A stretch of DNA of 63,307 bases, filler included, from Rhabdomonas costata (lineage: Eukaryota): assembly GCA_019059605.1 (NCBI GenBank). It is 44 parts of 44 records of this genome, joined end to end, with 100 filler letters (N's around TTAATTAATTAA, not from the genome) between each part and the next. Parts side by side here need not be neighbours in the genome. Positions count along the whole stretch, not along the records: positions 48,995 to 50,335 come from JAHMHO010018834.1; positions 50,436 to 51,776 come from JAHMHO010018835.1; positions 51,877 to 53,217 come from JAHMHO010018836.1; positions 53,318 to 54,658 come from JAHMHO010018837.1; positions 54,759 to 56,099 come from JAHMHO010018838.1; positions 56,200 to 57,540 come from JAHMHO010018839.1; positions 57,641 to 58,983 come from JAHMHO010018840.1; positions 59,084 to 60,424 come from JAHMHO010018841.1; 36 more parts are not named here. One strand, written 5' to 3'. Shown here one piece after another: positions 49,401 to 62,347 of this stretch (positions within the stretch are counted from its first letter, which is position 1; each line of letters starts with the position of its first letter). The notes under the pieces are model-generated. The model had not been told where the DNA came from. It worked only from the letters and a program-made list of their open reading frames with translations, and did not search any database. A program made the translations under genes and the position numbers.

Positions 49401-52400
49401 ATATCTGAAACAATTTAATTCTCTTCTGAGGCCGGAGCGCCTCCCGAGTCTTTGTCGTATAACTCCTTCAGTAGCTCGTCAACCAGCCCGTCAACACGAA
49501 GCAAACTCCGAGAAATGGGACCTGCACCATATCCGACCCAATGCAAACTGCCGTGGTCCGACCTCAAAAGTATTACTGTTTTTGGGTTCTGGATTTTTGT
49601 TGGAACAGGCTAACAGGCTCAACTTTATAGCCCAGCTTTTGACAGCTAAAAACAAGGGGGGCGACCTGAGGTACAGGATTGCGCTGCGCTGCATACGGTA
49701 CGTGGACCGTGTGCGGCCCCCCAGCGGCGGGGACAAACCCGAGGCAAGGTAGCACCCACACCTCTGGAGCAGATGAGGTGCGCTGCACATGAGAGCACAA
49801 TCCCCCCACTAAAGGCAACCGGCAATTGCCGTGTGGACGTCGACCTATCTAGCAACGGTCCATTTCTTCAACTTCAATTAAGATATGCCCACCTTTGGGT
49901 GCTGGAACAGGATGTCTAATCCATATCCCCTACAATCTGCCAATAACAGCGCTGCTGGCAAACTTTCATCTTGCGATCGTTTAGTGCTGCATTAAGAATG
50001 ACACTGCCGAACAGCAGCCGATGCGGCGCTACCCGCAGCCACCCAAACCAGTGCTGTTCCAGTCTTCCACAAAGAGAAACGGTTTGCGGTGTAAAAGGTT
50101 CAGCAGTGCCAAACGTGCAGTGCCCTCCTCACAGGAATTTGTCCATGAAAATCAGGTCCCACGCATATTCAAAAGCGCGCATCAGAAAAACCGGTGCTTG
50201 CTATTTTCTCGATGATGACAATCGCCACGAAAGCAATATCCCACAGTTTACACTAATTAGCCGGATCCGAACTCATTTCACACATCATTAACAATTTATA
50301 TACGGCAGGATACCAGTGGCACAAATTCAACACCCNNNNNNNNNNNNNNNNNNNNNNNNNNNNNNNNNNNNNNNNNNNNTTAATTAATTAANNNNNNNNN
50401 NNNNNNNNNNNNNNNNNNNNNNNNNNNNNNNNNNNTTTTTGTGGTCTTCTGCTTTTGGGGTTTGGGCTCTAATTGTTGGAAAAAGAAAAAAGTTGATTTA
50501 CCCGTATTAACCTCCTGGTCCGCTGAAATTGGCCAATGACTTCGGTAAATTGGTAGAGAAAAGGTAAAGAAAACGAAAAGAAGCTAAAAGAAAATCCTTT
50601 TCCCTCCTAACATGAGCTCTTTTCCCATTCCTTCCTTTAGAAGTGGGGTTTTGAGCTTGAAGCCGTCTGATATTCAAACGTTTGTTTTCTGTTCAGGCTT
50701 GCTTCCTCTTCCTTTCCTTCTTTTCAGATGCAAAGAGTCCTTCTGTGGAGACATCTCCTGAACCCCTCGAGGCGCCCCCAGAGGTGGCCTCTCCGTATGC
50801 CGAGTCACAGGGGGAGCACCGTGAGGCCGCCAGTGATTGGGACGGTAGCTCTCTCTCACACTGTCTCTGCCTGTCCATCCTTTTGCGTTTTTGGTCTTCC
50901 TCGCTTAATTACAATTTGTTATGCGCTGGTTTTTGGATGAGGGTTATTTGACTGTGTGCCGATTGTGTGCGCAGAGAAGCTGCGGGAGATGTTGACGGTT
51001 TTATGGTTTCGCTCAAATTCTCCTCGAATCTGACGCTCCCATTTGCAAACTCCCTTCGCTTGCCAGGGGCACATATTTTAAGTTTTGAGTACGCTATGAG
51101 CGTCCACCCCTCGTTTTTGCTCCGAAGACAACGTGTGGTTCCTCCCAGTAAAAGGGTAAGTTCGTCAAGCCTTTGATTTTTGTGGCCGGATTTTTTTATG
51201 AGTTGCGGGGGTCAGGGTGTTTTCGGGAAACTTGGGCTCTTTGTAACTATGCCATGACATTACCGAGCCACCGATCCTCGCTATGCGGGGTACAGCCAGT
51301 CTAATCTCATGGCTGTTCTTTTTGCAGGCGACGAGATGTACGAGGAGGAAGAGGAGGAGCACGAAGAGGTGCCCTGTCCCTTCATTTCTCACTTCTTGTT
51401 ACACATTATTTTTTGTTTTGGGTGCTCTTTTGTCTCACTCAAGTGCAGATCAGATACGAGGCGACAAAACAGAACAAAGGATCATCAAGAGGAGTCCACT
51501 TCCATTCTTCAGCAATGTCTTTTAGCAACGATTGTAGTTCAGCCCTATCCTCCCATTCACTTAAAGCCCTCTTCTCGTCCCACACTTTGCCTGTACTTCA
51601 CGGTGAATTCAGAATCAACACACCCTCACTCACAAACCATCAGTACCCGTCAGCGATTCCTGTACCTCACACTCTTCCCTCTCCCTTTAAATGCTGTTTT
51701 TGTGTTTGCTCTTTGTATTTCGTTCCACCTAGGCTCGCACATGAAGCGAGAACAAAGGAGCAAAAACAAAAACACCNNNNNNNNNNNNNNNNNNNNNNNN
51801 NNNNNNNNNNNNNNNNNNNNTTAATTAATTAANNNNNNNNNNNNNNNNNNNNNNNNNNNNNNNNNNNNNNNNNNNNGGTGTGGTGGAGAAGCATGGCACA
51901 GGTATCTGTGAGTGTGCCCCAACCTGAGGTACTTGTACTTGCACCTGGTTGGGGTGGGGCCAGAGAGGTGGAGGAAACTCGACCCCCCCTCCCCCATGAA
52001 AGACTAACGTGCACAGCGACATTGTGCCCGTTCTCTCCCATCTGTGCAGTTTAGCTCCCGAGCTTCCTGCGCTCCCCCCTTTTCGTTTCCCTGTGCTGTG
52101 GCAGACTTGTGGCTGAAACAAAACTATAAAGCAATGCGAATGCGTGCCCCGAGCAGTGGATGTTTTCTTTGTTTCCCTGAGTCCAACTCGCCCTGAGGGA
52201 TTGAAGTATTTAGGTCGTGAAGGACAGCACGGCGGCAACTTGGCCACATCCCCACATCCCCACCTTCCCCACCGTCCCCAGGCATTTCGTGAACCACGTG
52301 GTTCAGGTTTGGTAGGGCGGGGGTTCGAGTTTCAGCTTAAGCCTGCCAGAGTTGTCTTAACCATAATGCAAAATCCGCACCAGCCTGCTCCGTGTGTATG

Positions 52401-52477
52401 GATTACAATCTTAGTAGAGACGGAGTGGGCTCCCTGGATTCGAATCCCACCCCGGACATTCCCAAGTCGAGGCGATA

Positions 52478-52549
52478 TGGGGAGTGTCGGAGTTGAACCC
52501 GCGACTCTTGGCACGGGTGCCACATGCTTACCCCCCCCTTGGTGCCCCC
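52478..52549 (-). pseudogene. Degenerate tRNA-like element (tRNA pseudogene or SINE head)
   Basis: GGTAAGC D-loop-like segment, TGGCA/TGCCA stem, GGGTTCAACTCC T-loop and CCCCA end; anticodon loop defective. Confidence 0.35.
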
Positions 52550-52728
52550 TTATAGCTTCTTCCTTCAAGGATGGTCTGGTGGTCTGAAGGACGTCATAAC
52601 CTTGGTTGGTGGGCACCCGCCAGGGTAGGCGCAAGTTCTGTTTCCTGCTCAACACTTCATCCCAACAACTGCACCCAAACTCCTTTTTTCCATCTTTTTT
52701 CTCCTCAATAAACCCCATTTTTCCTCAG

Positions 52729-53217
52729 GAGCAGGAAGAAGCGGAGCGCCTTCAGCGGGAGAAAGAAGAGCGCCGCCAGGTCTGTGATCGCAAATCCGTA
52801 CCACCCCCCCCCTTCAATTGCTGTTTCCACCATTTCGTCTGTCATCCCTGCATATTCGCAGGCTGCCGCTAAGGAGCGCAAGGAGAGGCGGGAGAAGAGA
52901 AAGGAGGAGCTCGCTCTTTTCAAAGAGAAGCCTGCGGTGGATCCTGCTGTCTCTGCTGCTGTGACGACGTACACTGCGAATGCCCCTGCGCCTCGCGGGG
53001 CGAGTCCGGCCTCTGCCAAGCACCCTCCCCCTGGGGTTTCTGGCAACGGCACTCTTGCCAATGGGCCTGGCAGCGTAACTGCAGGTGGGGCTGCGGTTAG
53101 TGGCTCTGCTTCTGCGGGCTCTGCTGCTGCTGCTGCTGGCAGTGGTGGTGGTGGTGGTGGTGCTGGCGGTATTGGCGGTGCAAGAGCAGCGAAGGCTCGG
53201 GGCTCGCCAACCAAACC
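52729..53217 (+). CDS. Charged coiled-coil plus Ala/Gly low-complexity protein; exons 52729-52779 and 52862->53217
   Basis: EQEEAERLQREKEERRQ|AAAKERKERREK...; GT-AG intron in phase. Confidence 0.55.
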
Positions 53218-53553
53218 NNNNNNNNNNNNNNNNNNNNNNNNNNNNNNNNNNNNNNNNNNNNTTAATTAATTAANNNNNNNNNNNNNNNNNNNNNNNNNNN
53301 NNNNNNNNNNNNNNNNNGCAATTTCGGTGACGCCGCTGCTTGGAATAGCTCAGAAAGACCTAATAGTAACCTTTCAAAATGCGATGCTGACTATGCGTAG
53401 GCGTGCAGCCCGAAAACTGCTTCCGGGAGGTAAATACAGCTCGGTATTACCTCCGTCTTACCAAGATGATTTGACATCTAAGATCTTAGCGAGCGAGCGA
53501 GTGATGCACGCGCGCGCGCCTTGGTTCTCTCTTTCTTCGCGTGGGGACTGCAG

Positions 53554-54428
53554 CCCGGAGAGCCTGCCGTGGCACTTCGACAGCGCGCTGAAGAGCGCCC
53601 CCGGGTGGGTGCACCCCGGGGAAGGGCGCATGTACGGGATTCTGACCCTGGCCCGGGGCTGTGCGGAGTTCCGCGCGGCGGAGCGGCTCTTCCTGGCCAC
53701 CGCTGGGGGGCGGTACGCCGTGCAAAGAGTGGACCTCGTGCACAGCCCCAACTTGCAGCGCATGTTCGAAGGGCACTGCCAGTATCTGCAGGCACTGCAG
53801 GCACCCCCACTCCTGCAACTTGGTGGCATTTTCTCCCTGGAGTGGTTCAAGGGATGATGAGAGTCCATGTTATGACCGGGAGTGGGTTCTTTGCACAGCG
53901 TGGTCCTTTTTTTCTGTTGACATGAGTTTGGGAGGTTACTAGGCGTCCAAAGTGCTGCGCTCGGGGATCCTCCTCAACTAAGGCCTGAACGGCCCGAGCC
54001 CCCTCTTGGACACTCCACCGCACTCGTGAGGAACAAAAATCAAAAATAAATCAAGAAAATAAATCTGTATACATCCGGAGAAGAGCTTTGACTGGAACCT
54101 CAGGGGGGTAGTGAGACAGCATGGCAGCTGGGAGCTTACCACTCACTTGTCCACCTCTTGTCCACTCCCATCCACGCACTCACCCCCCACATACAGACCT
54201 CCGCACCAGTGCGGTATGTATCGGCGCTCCTTCTGCCCCGCTTACCCGCCGCAGGTACGGTCGAAGCAGCCCCACTTCCAGCCCACGTGGCACCTAGAGA
54301 GCGGCTCATGGCAGCGCAAGGTTCACATGGACCGCCTGCGGGGGATGACCGTGCAGTACGAGACCTCGGACTGGCCCTTCCCGGGGATCAGCGTACTGCC
54401 CGTGTTCCACGGCACCAGCGCCACTAAG
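53554..54428 (+). CDS. PARP-like ADP-ribosyltransferase domain protein, partial; exons ~53554-53791/53800 and 54255-54428
   Basis: AEFRAAERLFLAT...VQRVDLVHSPNLQRMFE...VLPVFHGT is the typical lead-in to the ART catalytic His; a GC donor is required. Confidence 0.65.
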
Positions 54429-55294
54429 GTATGGAGGAATAGGGGGCGCGAGCCGTGCGTTTTCGATTGCGGCTATAAAGGTGTACAGAAATATATTCTG
54501 TTCTCTTTCTCTTTTGGTGGAACAAGCTTAGCGTTATACAAAGTCTCTTCTTGAGGCCACTTGTCGCGGCCTTGCTGTTTGGTTTCTTGTTTCCCCGGAA
54601 TAGAAAGAGAACAGAATATATTTCTGTACACCTTTATAGCCGCAATCGAAAACAACACNNNNNNNNNNNNNNNNNNNNNNNNNNNNNNNNNNNNNNNNNN
54701 NNTTAATTAATTAANNNNNNNNNNNNNNNNNNNNNNNNNNNNNNNNNNNNNNNNNNNNGGGGGGTGTGGGCTATGTTGTTATCTCCTGGTGGCTTGTTTC
54801 CGTGGACGAAAGTGCAAGCTTATAGCTAAATCCAAGAGTCGATTGCGAACGTCAATGACTCGCTGCCCAGATTTCAAGTTTCGATGCACGAGTTCCAGGT
54901 TTGGGTTTCAGGAATCAGAACTGCGCAAGCACAAACAGCGAGCAACCTTTCGCTGCGTTTCAACACGTCGGCGGAAACGAGGCAATCACCAAAAACGATG
55001 AAAAGTTGACACAGTTTGCTCCCGTTGTGGGGCATTCGAGAATAGTGCCTGTGATAAATATTCGAGCGCACATGTCCACCAATCACCAAATCGCTGCACC
55101 TTCAAGGGGAAAAATAGGCCACATCAACCAGTAACCTGAGCCGATTTTACAGGCAAACTCATGGCAAACTCATCACCCTCATCGAAAATTACATAAGATA
55201 CTCCCCACACTTTTGGTACAAGGGAGAGAGCCTGGATCACATCGTCACGCCTGCAAACCAGGCGCGCCTCACTGATCGAGACTTAGTTTTGACC

Positions 55295-55657
55295 TCAGCG
55301 GCCATGAGGGGTATCATAGTCGATCTCCGGACCAACAGGCACAATCCCATGGGGATTGATCGACCGGTGAGAGACGAAGTAGTGCTTCTTGATTTGCTCC
55401 ATATCAACCGTCGCCTTTATTCCGGGCATCTGGTACAACTCTCTGGTAAACCCAAGAAGGCTGGGATACTCCGCCAGACGCCGAAGGTTCACTTTGAAGT
55501 GAGTAAAGTACACCGGGTCGAACCGCAGCAAGGTGGTGAAGAGCCGGATATCGGCCAAGGTTAGGCGGTCCCCGGTGAGATAGCGGCTCTGCGAAAGGAT
55601 CTTTTCTGCCCGGTCCAGCCCCTCAAACACCTCCTTCACGGCAGAATTGTATGCCGC
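55295..55657 (-). CDS. Glutathionyl-hydroquinone reductase (Xi/omega-like GST, YqjG/ECM4 family), last exon
   Basis: LTLADIRLFTTLLRFDPVYFTHFK.N...IKKHYFVSHRSINPHGIVPVGP...PHGR-stop. Confidence 0.92.
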   Translation of the reverse strand, partial: AAYNSAVKEVFEGLDRAEKILSQSRYLTGDRLTLADIRLFTTLLRFDPVYFTHFKVNLRRLAEYPSLLGFTRELYQMPGIKATVDMEQIKKHYFVSHRSINPHGIVPVGPEIDYDTPHGR

Positions 55658-56599
55658 CTGAATGGTGGTTGGCGGGAGGCACAGCGGGAGCCAATTGATT
55701 CAAAACTGGACGCTGCAAATGCAAATTGCACGGTGCTGTTCCCCAGCTACCACAGTGCGAGCAAGAGTGTTGGACCATGAGGGAGGTTGAACATTAAACA
55801 TTTTGGATAAAATTCCCCCCCCCCTGTTCAAAGAGCATTTGTGCGTTTTGAACGGAGATGCGGAAGAAACCCGTTTTCTTAAATAGAGATGACAAGATGA
55901 CACTTTCAGCAGTGAAACTTTTTCTAGGGAAAATGTGTGCATCGCCCTATAACCCCCTGCGAGACCAAATAGTCCTTGTCCTAAGGGACACGTGCATCGC
56001 TTCCAAATTCCCCACCCAAGATCAACCAAGATAAGAAACAGTCCATTAGTGAGGGAACCTGGCAAAACATACCTAACCCCCTGCTTTTAAAACAACCACN
56101 NNNNNNNNNNNNNNNNNNNNNNNNNNNNNNNNNNNNNNNNNNNTTAATTAATTAANNNNNNNNNNNNNNNNNNNNNNNNNNNNNNNNNNNNNNNNNNNNG
56201 TGTTGTGGGTTGGCGAAGAGGTGCGCCCCTCCTTCCCTTTTCTTCCCAAATTCGCACCTTTTTTTTTGCGAGGTCTGGTTGTCGAACACGATTTGAAGCT
56301 ATCACATTACTCGATTTTCAGACCACGTGTCTAAAGTGCGAACAATCCCTGCAACGCTTCGTATATTTTTATTGTAGCGTTAAATTTTAAAGTAGAATTA
56401 ATTGAACGTTTGGTTGAAGTTATCTAACGTAAGGCAGAGATAGGCAATTGACGCTGGGGACGTTGACGTGACCGTTACCCCCCTCCCCCCATGTGAATTG
56501 GCCGTGCATAAAGCAAGACCATCTTAGTACTGAATCATGGTCTCAATGATGCACTTCGAAATAATTTTCACGCACACATACTTACATACGTTCACGCAG

Positions 56600-57294
56600 C
56601 TGTTTCTGGAGCCCTCATCGCGGTCCCTGGCGGTGCGTATGCTGAACTCTGGCCGGAGCGCCCACCTTCTGCTGCAGTTCTTTGGCCCCTTTTTCGGGGA
56701 CCTTCGTGTGGTGGGCGGCTCCGGCCCCGAGGCGGTGGCGGACTCCCCCTCGACCTCCAACCCCTCCGCCGGGGTTACGGTCACCCCCAAGCCTGTCAGC
56801 TGCAAAGTTGTCTTGCGGAGCCTCCTGAACGTGTTTCGGTTCTCTTCGCTTGTCATGTAAAGGGAAGAGAGGCCCAAAGCTCCTCGGTTGAGGTCGGGTC
56901 ACGACTGGGGTCAGTCGGAGGTAGGGCCTCAGCTTCGAATTGAGCTGGCCAGCAACTTCACCTCAACTTTTCTCCCCCTCTCCCAGTCTAATGCAATCGT
57001 GTCTTAATAGAAACCCTCAATGAGATGTGAGGATGACACGCATTCTCGATAGCAGAATTGTTTAGGCGGAAAATTGGTAGTGTTGATTTCTTCTTCTCAG
57101 CACCGAACCGGAGTTTGAGACAACCTTGGAAGGCTAAAATGGCGCCATGGACATATCTCTTTGTTGGGACCCCCATAGGAATCTCCCGTCGATACTCGCG
57201 GCCACCCTCATTCTCGGGGAGGGGGACTTCGTTGACATCCAGTTGGAGTGCCTGCACGGCATTCAGAAGCAGTACCGCCTGCACTACTCTGCGG
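56600..57294 (+). CDS. RAD9: RAD9 checkpoint clamp (9-1-1) subunit, partial; exons 56600-56838 and 57179-57294
   Basis: LAVRMLNSGRSAH...F...FF...CKVVLRSLLNVFR|...IQLECLHGIQKQYRL. Confidence 0.8.
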
Positions 57295-57810
57295 GTGGGC
57301 ATGCGTTCGTGGGGAGTGGAGCTGCCTGCCAGCTGCCAGCGCGTGGCTGGCTGTTTCGTGACGATTGAGCGATTGCCATAAGATTAAGGGGAGTCCCGAG
57401 GTCGCCTTGTTGCACATATATTCGGCACGCAGCCAGTCATGGTTCTGCGCGAAAGATGATGAAAATGTGTCTTGTTTGCCTCCTCGAATAAAACGCTTCC
57501 TCACTGAGCAAACGTCAGCAAGCGTACAAAATTCCTTATTNNNNNNNNNNNNNNNNNNNNNNNNNNNNNNNNNNNNNNNNNNNNTTAATTAATTAANNNN
57601 NNNNNNNNNNNNNNNNNNNNNNNNNNNNNNNNNNNNNNNNGTGTGTGTGTGTGTGTGTGTGTGTGTACGTGCGCGCGCGCGTCGATGTGAACCGACGTAT
57701 GTTGGGGAGGGGTGGGCATGCCGGACGAGGGACTTCATCCATGGTTCCGGACCTGTAGCATGGTTGATAGGGTGAGGCACAACTGCAACTGGGCACATTT
57801 TTGTATACAG

Positions 57811-58431
57811 GTACAGTTCTTTAATCGCGCGTACAGGCCCGTGGTGAGCCTAGGGGCGGCATCGTCGTCCGGCTCCCCAGAGGTGGGGACTTTCCTGCGG
57901 GCGTTGGGGGTGAAGCAGCTCAAGATGGCCGATCTGAAGCGGTTCTTGGAGCAGAACGTCCTGCAGAAGGCCCAGTTTGGCAAACTCCTGCAGCTCTTCC
58001 TGCAGCATCCAGGCAAAACACAAGCCCCCCCCTCACACACACAAATTTTGACCGCATGGGTGATTTGCTTGCAACTCTGGAGTAAGGGAGTAAATGAGGC
58101 TTGAGAGGAATTACTTGGGGGTTCGATTCAATCAGCAGCTATAGCATGCGCCAACACACTCTCGGTTCTTGCTGTGTCCAAAATTGACATGCGTCTGCAG
58201 TGGAAAGTTGTTACACTAAAAATGAAAGCTGCAGATGAGGATGGGTCGAGTCAAACTATCTTCTTCTTGTTCCCTCAGCCCTGGAGGGGCTGATCTCGAA
58301 CCTGAAGGTGCGTCACCCGGAGACTAGGACCGTGGTCGCCTTGGCGGATCTGAAGTTCCGCCTTCCCAACGCCCCTCCTGGACTTCCAATGCCCCCCAGC
58401 TTTGTCCCGGAATTCCTCTCCGAGGTTGCAG
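57811..58431 (+). CDS. Unidentified gene; exons 57811-58012 and 58279-58431
   Basis: GC3-rich frames joined in phase 1 by a GC-AG intron. Confidence 0.5.
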
Positions 58432-59178
58432 GTCGGCGGCTTCGTTGGCATTTGCCATTGCACTTGCACTCTGTGCTACCTCCTCTATCTCTCTCTCATG
58501 CGCACACAACACACTCGACCCGCTCACGTTCGCCCTCAGAATTCAAGCTAGGGGGGGGGGGTCTGCGGTTACGGACGGCAGAGAGTGGTCCTACACGCCG
58601 GCCCAAGGAAACCAAACTGGATATCCAGAGCCTGAGCACTGCAGCTCACTGTCGTCCTTTTGTTGGCTCCTCCCAATAACATACGATTCGTAGGGCTTGG
58701 AACTGGGGTGATGCCAATCAACATAAGAAAGTCACGGGAGCAAGAAGAATGATGAGGAGAAGAACCTTTGGAATAGGGCGATGCAAGAAGTTAGTAGAAA
58801 ACGAAAGTTTCCTTGCGGAAACCTCCGTTTTTCTAGCAACCCGGAAGGCAAGACAAAGCACAACAGCACAGCACCACGGGATGCAATGGGCGGGAAGGCG
58901 AAAACCGAAGGAGTTACAGGAGGCTGCGCCACCAAAAACGCGTGAGAGCGGAGGTAGGGCGCTTCAGGACGGGATTGAGAGAANNNNNNNNNNNNNNNNN
59001 NNNNNNNNNNNNNNNNNNNNNNNNNNNTTAATTAATTAANNNNNNNNNNNNNNNNNNNNNNNNNNNNNNNNNNNNNNNNNNNNTGTTGTTTTTCGCTGAG
59101 ATGACGCCCTTCGAGATATAGCGTTTGAACGGGGAATGCATGTCCCGTCCTGCAGTATGTAGAAGCACTGCAGCACAC

Positions 59179-59701
59179 CGCAGGACTCGATGATCCACAG
59201 CGCCAGTGCCGTAAGTGGAAGGGACGTGAACAGCCCAAGAGTTTGAGACTTCACCTGAGCGAAAATCAACAGCAGCTTTTTTCCACATGCTCAGTCACTC
59301 ATTTCACTCGCACTCACATGCAGAAAACCGCTAGATCTCAGCATTGAAGTTGTTTGTTGTTGGACGTGTTACCGTAATACGGCAGCGTGAAAGCGCTCCG
59401 GTAAGGACCTGGGCTAGGCACCCATAGCTGTTGACTGGTATTTTGGGACTGGTCGTCACCCAGTGGACCTGTTCCTGGTTGTCACTGGTTGTCACGAGAC
59501 AACATACCCGCCCAAGATCCAATCGGCCAAAAGGCGAAGAGCTGGGAATACCACGTCCATGAGGTATTCCCGAAGGGTGCAGTTGTTAAACCCGTGGCGG
59601 CCTTCCACCACAAAGGTCCCGTAAAGGGCCCACGGGAGCTCCAGCAGGGACAGCGCCGAAAGCACCACCACGAAGGCCAGCGAGTGCGCCTTCCCACCCT
59701 C
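59179..59701 (-). CDS. STE24: CAAX prenyl protease 1 (peptidase M48), N-terminal membrane part; exons 59701-59552 and 59254-59179
   Basis: LELPWALYGTFVVEGRHGFNNCT...MDV|VKS...LPL...WIIESCG. Confidence 0.85.
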
Positions 59702-60524
59702 CTTTGCGTCCCCAACCAAAACAAGAAACAAGAAGCATTAGAAAGCTGTCAAAAGAGCCAAGATCTTCATGACGCCGCGAACACAACTGGGAAAACAAGA
59801 AACCGGAACGATCGGGAATACACTACACTGAAAGCAGCAAACTTGTGTGTCGCACGGCGAAGATTCCAGCACGAAAGCTACAATTCTCTATGATTCACTT
59901 CGCAACCCGTCGCATTTCTGTCCTTGACACAAAAAACACAAGGAACGCTTGTAAAAAAAATTGCGAAGGGCGACGCCAGAAAGCAAGCTAAATGACACCA
60001 TTTGGGTTTTTCCTGTGTAAACCCGGGTGCCCACATTCTAAAATGCACCAAATATTCGTCTGAACAAGCTGCTCAAGCTGGTATTAGCGGTATAATTGGT
60101 ATTTCCTGGTCAGAGAATAACCCTAAAAAGGTTTCTTCAAGAAAAGCTTATCTCTAATGGTTGTCCATTTTTCCTGTGTGACTCTGCATCGCGAGTGCGT
60201 GTATGAGCACCTTCAAGATACTGTCTCTGAATCTTTATACCCTACTCAGGAAATAGTTATGCCGCTAAAGGCATGTCCTACTCCTTGTGAGGGAAGCAGT
60301 TGCACGGTATGCAATGTCTCTGCACAAAACAAAGGCCGCCCAGAGTCAGCCAGAACGGTAGCCACCAAAATTAATTCGAGTCTCGGACGCCACCATTCAC
60401 ACAATTCACTTGCACCCACAACAANNNNNNNNNNNNNNNNNNNNNNNNNNNNNNNNNNNNNNNNNNNNTTAATTAATTAANNNNNNNNNNNNNNNNNNNN
60501 NNNNNNNNNNNNNNNNNNNNNNNN

Positions 60525-61866
60525 GTGTGGGGGGGCTCTGTAGACTCTGGAAGGTCCCACCAGAACACCGGATTGTACCCGTAATTCAGGTAGAATGGAC
60601 TGTACTCTGTATTGGCAATAGGTGCACTGTTGATTGCAATCTCCACCAGGACCAAAATATCCATCCAAGTCGTGCCTGGATGAGAATACATCAGCGTAGT
60701 CATCACTTGCTTCATTGTATGGTTGGTCCTTTCGGCTTGACCGTTGGTCTGTGGATGGTACGGCGAAGATCTTCTGCTCTGGATGTCCAGGAAGGCCATA
60801 AGACCTCTCCAGAACACTGACATGAAGATCGGATCTCGATAGCTCACAATACTCCTCGGCAAACCATGGTGTCTGACCACTTCCCACCAAAACAACTCTG
60901 CAATGTCGTGGGCATTCATTTCGTTATGGCACGGTTCGTAGCCTGATCTGTTACGGTCAACATCTCATTCACCACCTGCCATTTGCCTGAAACCTTCCAA
61001 GGGCCTGGCGGCATGGAAACAAAATCCATTGAAATGGATTCACATTTCCTCACGGGCACCTCCAACACCTGTGTATGACCTCTTGGCAAATGGTGGTCCG
61101 CTTTGCATCTCTGACACACATCACAGGTACGCACATAATCTCGCACCTTCCTCTTGATGTTCTTAACGTGTAAGTGCGCTTGATCATGGTGGCAGTCCTG
61201 GCCACTCCCCAATGCCCTGCTGCGGGAGTATCGTGGTACCGCGAAATCACCTCTAACTCCCTCTGGAAAGGTACCACAATCTTCACCAGCTCCCAAAGTC
61301 TACCATGGTGCCACTTTGTAGGGTCCGACAACTCTGCAGTGGTCAAGTTGAAATACCTCTTCCGCGCTACTGGGTCAAGCCATTAGTCGGCCCACCAATC
61401 CTCTGGATCACCTGCTGCTGACACCCTTAAAGGTGCACAGAGCAGTCCATCAAACCTCAACGTCGCCACACTCAACAAACACTCCATCTCTGCAAATACC
61501 AGATTCGACTCGTCCACTGAGTGCCTAGATAAGGCATCCGCAGCGACATTTTGCCTTCCAGGAATGTGGGCGATCTGCAAAGTATACCTCTGTAATCTAT
61601 CCAACCACCGCACTTGCCTTGGCGAAGGCCGGGGGTTCTTCTGCAAATAGCTTAATGCCGAGTTGTCCGTGTAAACTCTGACATCTGAACCCAGCAAGGA
61701 ATGCCTACATTCTTCCAACGTGTCTACCAACGCTAGCATCTCCTTCTCATGCACTGGGTGGTTTTTCTCTGCAGTGGACAGCTTTCTGGAACTACACTCC
61801 ACCAAATGCATCCAAATGCATCTTACCATCTTCCCCTTGTTGCGAAAGCGTGGCTCAAACCCCACC
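60525..61866 (-). mobile_element. Decayed Ty3/Gypsy LTR retrotransposon pol (RNase H, HHCC zinc finger, integrase core)
   Basis: SRKLSTAEKNHPVHEKEMLA...YTDN...NVAADALSR; HDTPAAGHWG...CDVCQRCK; ISMDF; SSPYHPQTNGQAERTN; in-frame stop near 61383, frameshifts, and SDRD changed to SYRD. Confidence 0.95.
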
Positions 61867-62030
61867 NNNNNNNNNNNNNNNNNNNNNNNNNNNNNNNNNN
61901 NNNNNNNNNNTTAATTAATTAANNNNNNNNNNNNNNNNNNNNNNNNNNNNNNNNNNNNNNNNNNNNGTGGGGGTTTCCCGAAACATAAAATTCCTCAGAA
62001 TTTTATGTTTCGGGAAACCCCTCCCCGCAG

Positions 62031-62168
62031 ACGGGTCGGTGCGCGAGAGCGGGCCCCGCGACGCGCTGTTTCTGGTGGACATCGTGCAGAGCTCGCGGTG
62101 GGACGGCCGCCGCCCAGTCAGCTTGTACCGCCTAGTCCCCGAAGCCCTGGTCTGCTCCGACTTCAACG
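62031..62168 (+). CDS. Isolated exon of an unidentified gene
   Basis: AG/GT-bounded GC3-rich frame (DGSVRESGPRDALFLVDIV...). Confidence 0.4.
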
Positions 62169-62347
62169 GTATTTCTGTGTCGACATGCCGTAGTAGTAGA
62201 AGTGAAGGGCATCGCAGATAGAGGTCACGAAGCGTAGGGTAGTAGTAGTAGGCACGGAGGACATGTCGAGCGTAGCGAAGGCATGGCCGTGGTAGCATCA
62301 AAGAACCAGCCCTGGTCTGCTCCGACTTCAACGGTATTTCTGTGTCG
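62143..62347 (+). repeat. Perfect 40-bp direct repeat (62143-62182, 62308-62347) around a 125-bp insert
   Basis: agccctggtctgctccgacttcaacggtatttctgtgtcg occurs twice. Confidence 0.9.
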
